Source: Monocercomonoides exilis PA203 (lineage: Eukaryota > Protista > Preaxostyla). From it: a stretch of DNA of 64,000 nucleotides. Location: NCBI GenBank assembly GCA_001643675.2, contig LSRY02000021.1:1343047-1407046 (forward strand). Direction: 5' to 3'. A program made the translations under genes and the position numbers. Under the pieces are notes generated by a model. It saw only the letters and a list, made by a program, of their open reading frames with translations, had not been told where the DNA came from and did not search any database. Below, piece after piece: positions 24,150-35,992 of this stretch (position 1 is its first letter; every line of letters starts with the position of its first letter).

Positions 24150-25539
24150 ATAAATTTTCGCAGATGCGAAACCGCGAAATATAATGAGGCTATGAGAAAT
24201 AGGAGAAACGTGTATTTCAGCATAATAATTGCAGAGAGACAAACCGCCTTTGATCGAATGAATTAAAACAGAGAGAGCTGAGTTTGCAATGAGAGAAAGA
24301 TAGAGAAAGAATTTGTGAGAAATTGCGAACTGATAATTCGAAGAAAGACAACTTATTATCGTGAGATAGATGCAGACAAATAAACCGCTAAATATCGCTG
24401 GAATGATTGAGAAGTAATTTCCGCGAAATATCGCAAGGAGAAAATATAGCATGAGACAGCGAAAGACCGCGAGAGGAGGATACAGAAAGAAGCTGCACAG
24501 CACAGAGTGATGAAAAGAGAAGAAGACTCCACATATCTGCTTGGATTGATGCAATGGAGCAAGATTTCTTGCGAGGAGAAATTCGGAGGAGAAATAAAAA
24601 CTGGAGTCAACAAGGATTGAAGAGTTTCTGGGATGGATTTACAATTTTGAAAAGATGGAAGTGACGCTCCAAGAGAGGAAGAGAGTGCTGCTCCTGGAGG
24701 TTGTGCGAACCTGGATAGTGTACGAAATGAGGAGGAAGAGTCTAAAGACAAGAGATTAAGCAGCACTCCTCGCGAGGCTGAATTTTGTGAGGCTGAAGCA
24801 TCCACCAGCGAGCTTGTGGATGAAACGCATGCAATATGTGCTGAGGCAGGCAATAGCCCGCGGGGTCTGGAATGGAACGGTGATAGTCAGCCCAATGATA
24901 CTGGGAGAATTAACACACTGGAGAAAGATACTACAAGAAAACAGACCAAGGAGTCTGAAGAGAAGGAACAGACCGGCAGTACTAACGACGGACGCCTCAG
25001 AGCTGGGATGGGGTGCAGTATTAACAATATCGAGGGAGAACAAAGAGGAGAAGATATATGTCCACGGGAGTTGGACCCTCCAGGAGAGTGCGTTAGCGAT
25101 AAACGAAAAGGAGTCCAGAGCAGTGTTGAGGACTTTAGAAAGGAAGGGAGCATGGCTGCAACAACAGAAGATAGAATATATTCGTCTGAGGACAAACAAT
25201 ATGTCCACGAGATGGACAATACAGAAGAAGAGGGGAGCGCCATCGCTCATTCCAACACTGAGAGCATTAGAGAAGAAACTGAACAGCCTGGACATCGCAA
25301 TACAGACGGAACATCTCCCGGGAGAGCAGAACACGGAAGCAGATGCACTCAGCCGGATGGCGAGAAAGCCGGACAACGCACCGAGGGGGGAGAAAGTCGC
25401 AGAGATATTACAAATAGTCGCGCCGAGAACACTTGATACAATTTCAGAACAGACTACGCCTGTGCCCTGCGGAACTACTTGGAGACTATCCTCTCTGAGA
25501 GGGAGGAGAGGGAGAGAGAAACGCAAGGAAACGAGATAG
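24150..25539 (+). pseudogene. DIRS reverse transcriptase-RNase H remnant
   Basis: STRIEEFLGWIYNFEKMEVTL...RD*AALLARLNF is in frame with ORF 24787-25539. That ORF contains VLTTDASELGWGAVL, INEKESRAV, LRTNN and HLPGEQNTEADALSR (DIRS1 RNase H motifs). The RT active-site region is degenerate and frameshifted; the start coordinate is approximate. Confidence 0.85.
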
Positions 25540-26003
25540 TGCCTGTTTATTTGTTTCTGAGAAACAATGGACGGACTTTGAAGGAGATGAGAAAGGAAGG
25601 AAGGAAATTACCCCCATAAGAAGTCATAAGTATTAGACTGGAGAGGAGAGTATCTAAGAGATGACCTCGTTCAAACATGGGGAGAATACGTTGGAGTGAA
25701 GGGATATATCAGCAGCAAGGGATACGTAGAGAGCGCTGCGAAAATCCAAACAAGTTTTGGATAGAGAAAGAATTGATGAAAAAGACCCCCTCATAGAAAA
25801 AGATGCCAGGTGTATAATGGCACAATTTTTTGAAACTCTATCCAATTCAAATGTTTCAAGTGGAGAGAAAAAATAAAACTGAAAGAAAAGTGATCGAGTC
25901 AATATTCCTTTTCAGAGAAATAAAGATGAATGAGAAAGATATTGATTCACCTCTTTAAACTTACAAGAGAGATAAGCAGAGAAGGTGCAAGCAATATGAA
26001 TCA

Positions 26004-26254
26004 ATGTGGGATTTTACAACAATTACAAAAGTGGAAGAAACCACATATAACTCAACAGACCCACAAGCACTCCAGAGGAAAGCCCTCATCCTCACTATTA
26101 TTTTTGGAACGTCAGGGCCAGCTGAGCTGGAGAGATCGAGAAAGGAGTGTTCTATATTGAAAGAAGATAAGGTAATAATAGAAATGCAGATATTGATGAC
26201 AGTAAGGAAGACTGTAAAAATCGATATTAACAAACATCCAAACCCACTCATAGA
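26004..26254 (+). pseudogene. DIRS tyrosine recombinase, 5' part (interrupted by Merlin)
   Basis: WD...ALQRKALILTIIFGTSGPAELERS. The frame continues at 36875 as (KHPNPLI)DAEEALQRKL once the insertion and one TSD copy are removed. Confidence 0.65.
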
Positions 26255-29200
26255 GGCATAGGTCTAAATGCGCTCCTTTTGCAAATTGCGTTTTTAGGCA
26301 TTAAAATTATGATGAATAAATAGGTAATAATTATTTAAAAACTTTTTATGGACCGATTTTTTGAAAAAAATTTTTCTTGTTGAAAAAAATGATTTTTGAA
26401 AAATGACCCACAAAAACATGAATTTCAAAGAAAAATATTCAAATTTAAAAGAAAATGTGATTTTTGGACATCCAATGTGTTTTTATTATAATATAAATAT
26501 ATTTTATTTGTTAATTTTCATCATTAACAATAATGGTCATAAAAAATTTTTTTATTAAATATCTTTGATCTAACCCACAATAAAATTTTTTATGTCTAGA
26601 AAAGTTGAATATGCTGTTTAAGATGAAATAGAACTCAATAGTTTGCCATCATTTCATTTTTATATATAAAATTTAACATATTATTATATGTGCACTTGTT
26701 TTATATTGAAAACAGCTTTTTTTCACAGTCACATTAAAGTGTGCCTTTTTGCTTGAATATTCTAAACTACCTAATATTAGTTCATTTACGTTCGCAAAGG
26801 AACGCAAAAGGTTATAAATGACTCTTTAAATAACAATATTATTTATTTTGCTTTAATATTTCATATATTTTCTTGTTCTTTTATATTTCTATGTTTTTTT
26901 TGAATTAGATAAGATCATTGCATTATTAAATGAAACTTTTTACCCAGATAAACTTCAATTTCCCAATGCAATATTATATTGAGTTATTAAAACAATGGAC
27001 TTTATTAAAGTTTGTCGTTTGTATGTTTTTAAAAATATAAAGAATGAGATAGATTTAGCTTTTCTAGTGGATCTGATGTTGAGAGCTGTAGATGTGAGGA
27101 TGAGCTATGCCAAACAACGCGGAAGCGGATGGAAAACATGAAAAAGGAGATTGGAATGAAAACAATTCAAATTGAAGGATCAACAATTATTCTAGATTCA
27201 TTCAATGTTACCAATTATCAGATCAAAAAGGATACGAAGATGGGAGAAGAGAATGCGAAAGCAACATTGAATGTTAAAGAGGCAATTGAAAGTCAACTGG
27301 AGTATTTTATGGGAAATTATGCTCGGTTTAAATTGGCAAATATCAGACTGCAACTGTCATCTGGGTTTGGCAACTCGGCCAAATCGATTATTTCGAACAG
27401 AAAAGGTGAGTTGGTTATTAGTGAATGTTTATTCCATTCAGCAGCAAGAGTGAACAATGGATTTGACTGTGTGTTTGTGGATGTGATTGGAGGCAATGTG
27501 GAAGTGAATGATCTGTCGATTGAATCATGCAATGTTGGAAACAGTATTTTTGCAATTAACAATGCTGGAGCTGTTTGCCATTTGGTGAATGTTCGAGTGG
27601 AATCATTGAATGAAAGTGGAGGATGTATTTTATCAATCAAGGAATCTGAACCGGGATTGAAGATTAATGAAGGAGAACTGATTGTTGATAAATTTGTGAT
27701 GGAGGGTGGAGTGACGCTGACGATGAACGGTAAATCACCAATAGCAATAACCAATGAAGAGAAGTTGGACATAAAGAACGGCAGAGTGAGTGGAGTGACG
27801 GTGGAAGGTGGGAGCGGAGAAGGAGGAGGATGCATCGGTGCAGAGATACAAGCAGAAGGAAGCGCAGTAGTGAATAACTGCAGTTTTTCATCAATATGTA
27901 CAGGTGGAAGTGGGATGAAAGGAGGAGGGATGAAGATATCAGTGGGGAAGGGAGGGAGTTTGGAAATGAAAGGAGTGAAATATTCAGGATGCGAAGTGCC
28001 AAGAGAGGATGTTGAGGAAGGAGGAAGAGGAATGGGAGGAGAGATGTTTGTGAAGCTGGCAGATGAGATGGGAACATTTGTTCTTGAAGGGATGGAATTT
28101 GAGGGGTGTGATGGGTGGAAAGGGAAGAATTTGTTTGTGTCAGGATGGGATCTGAGAGAGATTGTGAGTGAGGAGCATCTGAAATGGGGATTGAGTGCAA
28201 ATGATAAGAATTCCTTGGATGAGCTGTGTGGATGGGAGAGGAAGACAACAGGAGATGGATATGTGATTCCATTGGTTGTGTATTTGTGGGATAACTGGAG
28301 CGGGAATGGGTTTGTTTCGAAAGATAATGGAGGAGACTTCAGTGGGTGTGGGTATTCCGAGGCACCATGTTTATCGATTGATCACTTGATATCACTGAGA
28401 TATTCGATACTTGGAAAAGGCGAATCCCAGATCTGGATTGGGGGTTCAGGGTTGCTGAGCCGTTCCATATCATTTTCATTTTCTTCTTCTTCTTCATCAA
28501 TTGAAGAATCACCAAAAGTGGAGGTTGAAGGGACAAAGAAAGGGACAAGTGTGACGATCAGTGATGAAGATGGGAATGATTTGGATGATGGTTCAATGAT
28601 CTCATCGAATGTGAGTCTGTCGTTTGTGAATGTTTCATTCACCAAACCCAGCATCACCACCCATCATGAAATGTTGATTGAATCCTCTGGAACAAACACA
28701 TTATTGTCAGTTTCAGATTGTTCATTTGGCCCAGGGAGAGGGGTGGCAGAGAGTTTTGGATATTGTGTGATGAGAGTGAATGGAGGCAGAGTTATTGCTC
28801 AAGAGTGTTTGTTGGATGCGGTTGACAAATTGAAAGGGTTCATCGCTTTCAGTGCAACAGCAACAAGGGAGGTGATTGTGGAGGATATGAACATCTCAAA
28901 TGTTGGTGTGAAGGAAAGAAGTCTGATTTCGATGTTTGAGGATGAGCAGATGAATGGGATGAAAGCCAAAAGAGGGATGAATGGAGGGGAAAACAGTCAT
29001 TCAAACAACGAAAATGTGGTGATAAAAGTGAATGGGTCTTCGTTCACAAACATCACAAATGGAGAAAACAGAGCAGGGATGCTGAGTGTGGATACATTTG
29101 AGAGTGCGATGGAGTGTGTGTTGGAGGGGTGTTCGGTTTCGAGTTGCAGGAGTGAAATGAGCGAGGAAGGAGGAGGGATGAAAGTGTGTCTGAAGAGAGG

Positions 29201-30224
29201 AGAATCAGAAGTGAGAGTTGTTTGGTGTTCGCTGGGGATGTGTTCGTGCTCTGGGGTGAAGGGGAGAGGAGGAGGGATGATGGTTGATGCACTTGACCCG
29301 AATGAGGGTGGAACCAGTGCACTTGGGCCTGTTGGGATAAGGATGGAGAATGTGAGGTTTTGGGGGAACGAGGCGTTTGTGGAGAAGGATGTGTTCATCA
29401 AGTGCCACTCGATTGGGAAACAGATCAATAAAACGCTGTTTGTGCTGGACTTCGAGCAGGATGCACTGAAGGGGAAGAACTCGATGTGTGGGAGCAATGG
29501 AGAAGGGAAAGTTGATATTGATTTGATACCGCTGATCACATTCTTTCACTCAGCTCAGGTGTTTGTGAGTGTAAATGGAAGCGATAGCAGACAGTGTGGA
29601 GCATAGAATTATCCGTGCCAGAGCATAAGTTGTGGTTTTAAACATATTGAGAGAAGCGTTGCAAATATGATTTTAATTAATGGAGAATGCATGATTTGTG
29701 GAGGGTGTGAGATAGGAGATTTGAATGTGAAGTCGGTGAAGAAGGCAAAGTCCACAATCCATTTTGAGGGGAAGATGGGGGACAGAGGAGAGGAGAGGAG
29801 CATGATGGTGTTTGTGAATGAGTGTGTTGTGGAGAGGTGCAAGTTTGTGTTTGGAGAGGCATTTGAAGGGGTTGAAGAGAGTGTGGGAAAAGATCTCATC
29901 AGTAGTCGTGAAAATGATGTGGAGGTGAGCGCGTTAATTTTATTTGGGAATGCAGAATTTCCTTCTTCAGCACAGCCATTTGTTCTGAAGAATACAAGTG
30001 AAACAAAGGGAAATGGAAATGAAATAATGTCAAAAGGAGAGAATAAATTTGAATGGAGTTTATTTGCCTTTATTGAATGTATTGTGATTGGTGTGATTCT
30101 GTTATTTGTGATTGTTGCAGTAGTTGTGCTAATGAGAAAGAAATTAAGGGAAGCAGAAAAGGGAGTTGAGAAAGAAAGATTTGAAAACGAGCAGATAATG
30201 GGAAAGATAGAGAGGAGAAGAAGG
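26255..30224 (+). repeat. Left TIR of the Merlin element (3970 bp)
   Basis: Reverse complement of 32897-36866. Coordinate sum is 63121 at both ends and at all paired ORFs (no net indel), and paired ORF translations are identical. Substitutions seen at 26362, 26411 and 26417. Confidence 0.95.
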
Positions 30225-30407
30225 GAAAGTGATGGAGAGAGCTTTGAGATGAGTGAAATGCCATCAGCATTGCTGGGGGGAATGACGAGTCAAATTTTAC
30301 TTTTCATAGACAACGATGAAGATCTTCCATATCCTCCTTTGATGAGCGATAAAGATATTTTTTTTAATAAAAATAATTTTCCAGATTTCGAATCATTACG
30401 ATTTTAA
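27129..30407 (+). pseudogene. Captured, internally deleted surface-receptor gene (825 aa + in-frame TAG + remainder with TM), left arm
   Basis: Closely similar to the 2617-aa receptor (WKGKNLFVSGWDLRE, LDELCGWE, IPLVVYLW, FSGCGYSEAPC, IDLIPLITF). TAG at 29604-29606 aligns with Gln (QCGA*NYPC vs QCGKQDNPC). Has a TM but lacks the kinase tail. Confidence 0.85.
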
Positions 30408-30528
30408 TTTATTTGAATGGTTGTCTGACTTTTTTCGTTTTGTTATTGAATTTATCACTGAATGTATTTATGGAGTGCTTTATTGTTTATCTATACGTAC
30501 ACGTTAATAAAGTGATATGAATGATGTG

Positions 30529-31188
30529 TTAAAGAGAAATTGGAAATTGCTCAGTTCCTTTATTCAATTCCTTTGTTCTACTTCGAAGGATTTTTTGGTT
30601 TTTGATTGATTGCAACTTATTTTTTTCTTTTTTCATCATCTCGCTAATTTTCTCCTCTTTTTTCTCACAAAATCGATCCGATTCAAACTCCAAATTGGAT
30701 AGATGTTGAGTATAGTCATTTTTGCAAAATCTGCCATTGCTTGACCTTTTTCTTTTAATTTTTCTTTTCCGGGGTTTTGAATCATTCATGTCAGGTTCGA
30801 AGAAATTTTCATAATCGTCATCTATATTAAATTCATCATTGTCATCCCTTTCGTTGTTTTCCTCATTATCTTGAAGCTTTGGAATGATGACTCTGCTTGA
30901 GCCTGATTCATCATTTTTTTCTTGTTTTTTGTTTTGTGTATTTTCATTTTCCTTATCATTTCTCTCCTTTTCTTCATCTTCTTTATCATCGAATAAATTG
31001 GAATGATTATCGTCGTTTGATATGTCATCTTTAGCATCATTGCGTTCATCATCAGATTCGTCGATTAATCTTCTTTTCCCCCTTTCAGTAATCTCTTTTG
31101 ATTGGATTTTTTGTATTTTTTTCTTCTCCTTCAAGAAAGAATCATATTCATTTTCATCAAGCAATATTGCATCCTTTTGATTTTTCAT
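30529..31188 (-). CDS. Acidic/basic low-complexity ORF, probably the C-terminal tail of the transposase (same frame, beyond one TGA)
   Basis: ...SSYIL*KEERMKNQKD... with only 4 codons between the stop and this ATG. Contains NLS-like KPRKRKIKRKR. Confidence 0.6.
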   Translation of the reverse strand: MKNQKDAILLDENEYDSFLKEKKKIQKIQSKEITERGKRRLIDESDDERNDAKDDISNDDNHSNLFDDKEDEEKERNDKENENTQNKKQEKNDESGSSRVIIPKLQDNEENNERDDNDEFNIDDDYENFFEPDMNDSKPRKRKIKRKRSSNGRFCKNDYTQHLSNLEFESDRFCEKKEEKISEMMKKEKNKLQSIKNQKILRSRTKELNKGTEQFPISL

Positions 31189-31200
31189 TCTTTCTTCTTT

Positions 31201-32244
31201 TCAAAGAATGTAGGATGATAATTTGAACTTTCTTTCCTTCGTTAATGCAGTTTTTGTTTTCATTTCACATTTATAATAAGACTCCATGTAATTGTCAAAG
31301 TCTCTTTTCTTTATTTTTGAAATAATGTCAAGAAAACTGTAAATGGTGCCTTTGTTATTGAATCTGTATTGAAATTCAAAAGCATATTCTTTTGTTTTTT
31401 CATAAGTTCTTCCTCTTAATGGAAGATGACGCTTCAAATGTGACCACATACTCTCAATGGTTTGTGAATGTATTGTTTTGTCAGCTGGATCAGAAAAATG
31501 CTCTGAATGATTTATACTGTAATGCGTATATCCACATTGTTTAATTTCACTATAAGCAGACCATTTATCGCTATAGATTTCTGCTGAGATGTCAATGTTT
31601 TTCTTAATGAAATATAACAATGTTTCTTCTGTTCTATCTGGGACAAATTCAAGTTTTAATTTTTGCGGCTTTCCTTCCACTTTTCTTTCAACTGCTCCCC
31701 ACAGCCACTGCTGTTCTTTTACTCTCCCTACTCCATTTTTTCTTTTATGTATCAACGTTTCATCCATTTCCACTTTTCTATTCTTTCCAATTTTTTCCAA
31801 ATCAGAAGATTCAATATAATAACAAATGTTACGTAATCTTTTAAAGAATTTCAAAACTGTGCTTTTTGAAATTTCTGTTTCAGTAACAACTTCATCAACT
31901 GAATGCTTGTACCAAAAATGATAAAACAGTGACATCGTGCTAAATGGTGAGATATTGAAATCAGAAAACAAAGATTCATAATTCCAACTAAATGCTTTTC
32001 CACATGATGAACATTTGAAGATGTAATAATCGCTTTCAGGCTTTTGAATGATGAGATTCATATTTTTCTCGCAATCCCAACACGTGATCGACTTTCGAAT
32101 GCATCCCATGGTCGATGAAATGTCAAGAGCGAGTTTATTTTTTTTATTTGACATCATTAGAAATTGTGTAAATGTTATTTTCTGAATATCTTCTTTGTTA
32201 TATTGAGTCTCCATGTCACAGAAATTGAAAATTTTATTTTTCAA
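31201..32244 (-). CDS. Merlin (IS1595/ISXO2-like) DDE transposase
   Basis: Zn-ribbon CWDC...CSSC, an HTH-like segment, VEMDET (D), VPDRT, IYSDKWSAY (D), INHSEHF and HSQTIESMWSHLK (E). First ATG at 32214. Confidence 0.93.
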   Translation of the reverse strand: MKNKIFNFCDMETQYNKEDIQKITFTQFLMMSNKKNKLALDISSTMGCIRKSITCWDCEKNMNLIIQKPESDYYIFKCSSCGKAFSWNYESLFSDFNISPFSTMSLFYHFWYKHSVDEVVTETEISKSTVLKFFKRLRNICYYIESSDLEKIGKNRKVEMDETLIHKRKNGVGRVKEQQWLWGAVERKVEGKPQKLKLEFVPDRTEETLLYFIKKNIDISAEIYSDKWSAYSEIKQCGYTHYSINHSEHFSDPADKTIHSQTIESMWSHLKRHLPLRGRTYEKTKEYAFEFQYRFNNKGTIYSFLDIISKIKKRDFDNYMESYYKCEMKTKTALTKERKFKLSSYIL

Positions 32245-32539
32245 TTCAAATTATGATAGTCAAGTAATGGGAAGTTTTTTTATTACAAATATCGAAACTG
32301 TTCTGAAAATATTAATTTTTCATTTTAAATATTAATTTTCAATTTATTATTTTCTTTATTAAATTATTAATAAAATTTATATGCTTTCAAAATAATACAA
32401 AATTAAATGTGAAATCATTTAAATAATCAAGTATAGTTATTGCGTTGCGATAAACAACAAGAAAAATTGTCAATTGTGATTTCTGCAAAGTGAAAAAGTC
32501 TCAGTAAATAATTTTAAACGTTTATGACTTTCATCTATA

Positions 32540-32894
32540 TATTTTCTTCACTCATTGTTATTCCACCTTCTGGTGAATTAGAGATTGCTGTGTATTTCAT
32601 CAAAACAGAACTTTTCACAGCATCCACAAGAGATCCATCTTATCTGCAAATCTCTTCGCCTCTTCTATTATCCTCATTCACATGCTTTCCTTCTTTTTCA
32701 TCTCCTTCCTCTCCATCAATCACACACAATCTAACTCTCATATCTTCATACTCACATATCCTCATCATCTTTCCTTTCTTGTTTGTGCTCCGACATTTCG
32801 CAAAAGGGTAGTTCAGCAAACTCAACCCCCTTTCAGTTCCATCCATCTTCATCAATCTTCCTTCAATATGTACTGAGAAATTCTCAAAATTCAC
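32540..32894 (-). pseudogene. Additional surface-receptor ectodomain fragment in the Merlin spacer
   Basis: EEICR*DGSLVDAVKSSVLMKYTAISNSPEGGITMS matches EDVCKWTGSVVDVCEGLLEMKDTSITNSSKGGLSIS of the 2617-aa protein. Confidence 0.7.
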
Positions 32895-35800
32895 TTCCTT
32901 CTTCTCCTCTCTATCTTTCCCATTATCTGCTCGTTTTCAAATCTTTCTTTCTCAACTCCCTTTTCTGCTTCCCTTAATTTCTTTCTCATTAGCACAACTA
33001 CTGCAACAATCACAAATAACAGAATCACACCAATCACAATACATTCAATAAAGGCAAATAAACTCCATTCAAATTTATTCTCTCCTTTTGACATTATTTC
33101 ATTTCCATTTCCCTTTGTTTCACTTGTATTCTTCAGAACAAATGGCTGTGCTGAAGAAGGAAATTCTGCATTCCCAAATAAAATTAACGCGCTCACCTCC
33201 ACATCATTTTCACGACTACTGATGAGATCTTTTCCCACACTCTCTTCAACCCCTTCAAATGCCTCTCCAAACACAAACTTGCACCTCTCCACAACACACT
33301 CATTCACAAACACCATCATGCTCCTCTCCTCTCCTCTGTCCCCCATCTTCCCCTCAAAATGGATTGTGGACTTTGCCTTCTTCACCGACTTCACATTCAA
33401 ATCTCCTATCTCACACCCTCCACAAATCATGCATTCTCCATTAATTAAAATCATATTTGCAACGCTTCTCTCAATATGTTTAAAACCACAACTTATGCTC
33501 TGGCACGGATAATTCTATGCTCCACACTGTCTGCTATCGCTTCCATTTACACTCACAAACACCTGAGCTGAGTGAAAGAATGTGATCAGCGGTATCAAAT
33601 CAATATCAACTTTCCCTTCTCCATTGCTCCCACACATCGAGTTCTTCCCCTTCAGTGCATCCTGCTCGAAGTCCAGCACAAACAGCGTTTTATTGATCTG
33701 TTTCCCAATCGAGTGGCACTTGATGAACACATCCTTCTCCACAAACGCCTCGTTCCCCCAAAACCTCACATTCTCCATCCTTATCCCAACAGGCCCAAGT
33801 GCACTGGTTCCACCCTCATTCGGGTCAAGTGCATCAACCATCATCCCTCCTCCTCTCCCCTTCACCCCAGAGCACGAACACATCCCCAGCGAACACCAAA
33901 CAACTCTCACTTCTGATTCTCCTCTCTTCAGACACACTTTCATCCCTCCTCCTTCCTCGCTCATTTCACTCCTGCAACTCGAAACCGAACACCCCTCCAA
34001 CACACACTCCATCGCACTCTCAAATGTATCCACACTCAGCATCCCTGCTCTGTTTTCTCCATTTGTGATGTTTGTGAACGAAGACCCATTCACTTTTATC
34101 ACCACATTTTCGTTGTTTGAATGACTGTTTTCCCCTCCATTCATCCCTCTTTTGGCTTTCATCCCATTCATCTGCTCATCCTCAAACATCGAAATCAGAC
34201 TTCTTTCCTTCACACCAACATTTGAGATGTTCATATCCTCCACAATCACCTCCCTTGTTGCTGTTGCACTGAAAGCGATGAACCCTTTCAATTTGTCAAC
34301 CGCATCCAACAAACACTCTTGAGCAATAACTCTGCCTCCATTCACTCTCATCACACAATATCCAAAACTCTCTGCCACCCCTCTCCCTGGGCCAAATGAA
34401 CAATCTGAAACTGACAATAATGTGTTTGTTCCAGAGGATTCAATCAACATTTCATGATGGGTGGTGATGCTGGGTTTGGTGAATGAAACATTCACAAACG
34501 ACAGACTCACATTCGATGAGATCATTGAACCATCATCCAAATCATTCCCATCTTCATCACTGATCGTCACACTTGTCCCTTTCTTTGTCCCTTCAACCTC
34601 CACTTTTGGTGATTCTTCAATTGATGAAGAAGAAGAAGAAAATGAAAATGATATGGAACGGCTCAGCAACCCTGAACCCCCAATCCAGATCTGGGATTCG
34701 CCTTTTCCAAGTATCGAATATCTCAGTGATATCAAGTGATCAATCGATAAACATGGTGCCTCGGAATACCCACACCCACTGAAGTCTCCTCCATTATCTT
34801 TCGAAACAAACCCATTCCCGCTCCAGTTATCCCACAAATACACAACCAATGGAATCACATATCCATCTCCTGTTGTCTTCCTCTCCCATCCACACAGCTC
34901 ATCCAAGGAATTCTTATCATTTGCACTCAATCCCCATTTCAGATGCTCCTCACTCACAATCTCTCTCAGATCCCATCCTGACACAAACAAATTCTTCCCT
35001 TTCCACCCATCACACCCCTCAAATTCCATCCCTTCAAGAACAAATGTTCCCATCTCATCTGCCAGCTTCACAAACATCTCTCCTCCCATTCCTCTTCCTC
35101 CTTCCTCAACATCCTCTCTTGGCACTTCGCATCCTGAATATTTCACTCCTTTCATTTCCAAACTCCCTCCCTTCCCCACTGATATCTTCATCCCTCCTCC
35201 TTTCATCCCACTTCCACCTGTACATATTGATGAAAAACTGCAGTTATTCACTACTGCGCTTCCTTCTGCTTGTATCTCTGCACCGATGCATCCTCCTCCT
35301 TCTCCGCTCCCACCTTCCACCGTCACTCCACTCACTCTGCCGTTCTTTATGTCCAACTTCTCTTCATTGGTTATTGCTATTGGTGATTTACCGTTCATCG
35401 TCAGCGTCACTCCACCCTCCATCACAAATTTATCAACAATCAGTTCTCCTTCATTAATCTTCAATCCCGGTTCAGATTCCTTGATTGATAAAATACATCC
35501 TCCACTTTCATTCAATGATTCCACTCGAACATTCACCAAATGGCAAACAGCTCCAGCATTGTTAATTGCAAAAATACTGTTTCCAACATTGCATGATTCA
35601 ATCGACAGATCATTCACTTCCACATTGCCTCCAATCACATCCACAAACACACAGTCAAATCCATTGTTCACTCTTGCTGCTGAATGGAATAAACATTCAC
35701 TAATAACCAACTCACCTTTTCTGTTCGAAATAATCGATTTGGCCGAGTTGCCAAACCCAGATGACAGTTGCAGTCTGATATTTGCCAATTTAAACCGAGC

Positions 35801-35992
35801 ATAATTTCCCATAAAATACTCCAGTTGACTTTCAATTGCCTCTTTAACATTCAATGTTGCTTTCGCATTCTCTTCTCCCATCTTCGTATCCTTTTTGATC
35901 TGATAATTGGTAACATTGAATGAATCTAGAATAATTGTTGATCCTTCAATTTGAATTGTTTTCATTCCAATCTCCTTTTTCATGTTTTCCAT
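32891..35992 (-). pseudogene. Captured surface-receptor gene, right-arm copy (same TAG at 33515-33517)
   Basis: Translation identical to the left-arm copy up to the TIR inner end (KIERRRR). Confidence 0.85.

Noticed and set aside
12640-25539. Diversity-generating retroelement (RT near a hypervariable gene)
   Set aside because: The RT is a decayed DIRS RT-RNase H. No short template/variable repeat pair was found, and I saw no sign of adenine-specific substitution.
29604-29606. In-frame TAG aligning with Gln, suggesting the TAR=Gln code known from some oxymonads
   Set aside because: ORFs of more than 2,000 codons with many Gln contain no in-frame TAA/TAG, so the code is standard. This is a CAG>TAG nonsense change copied into both arms.
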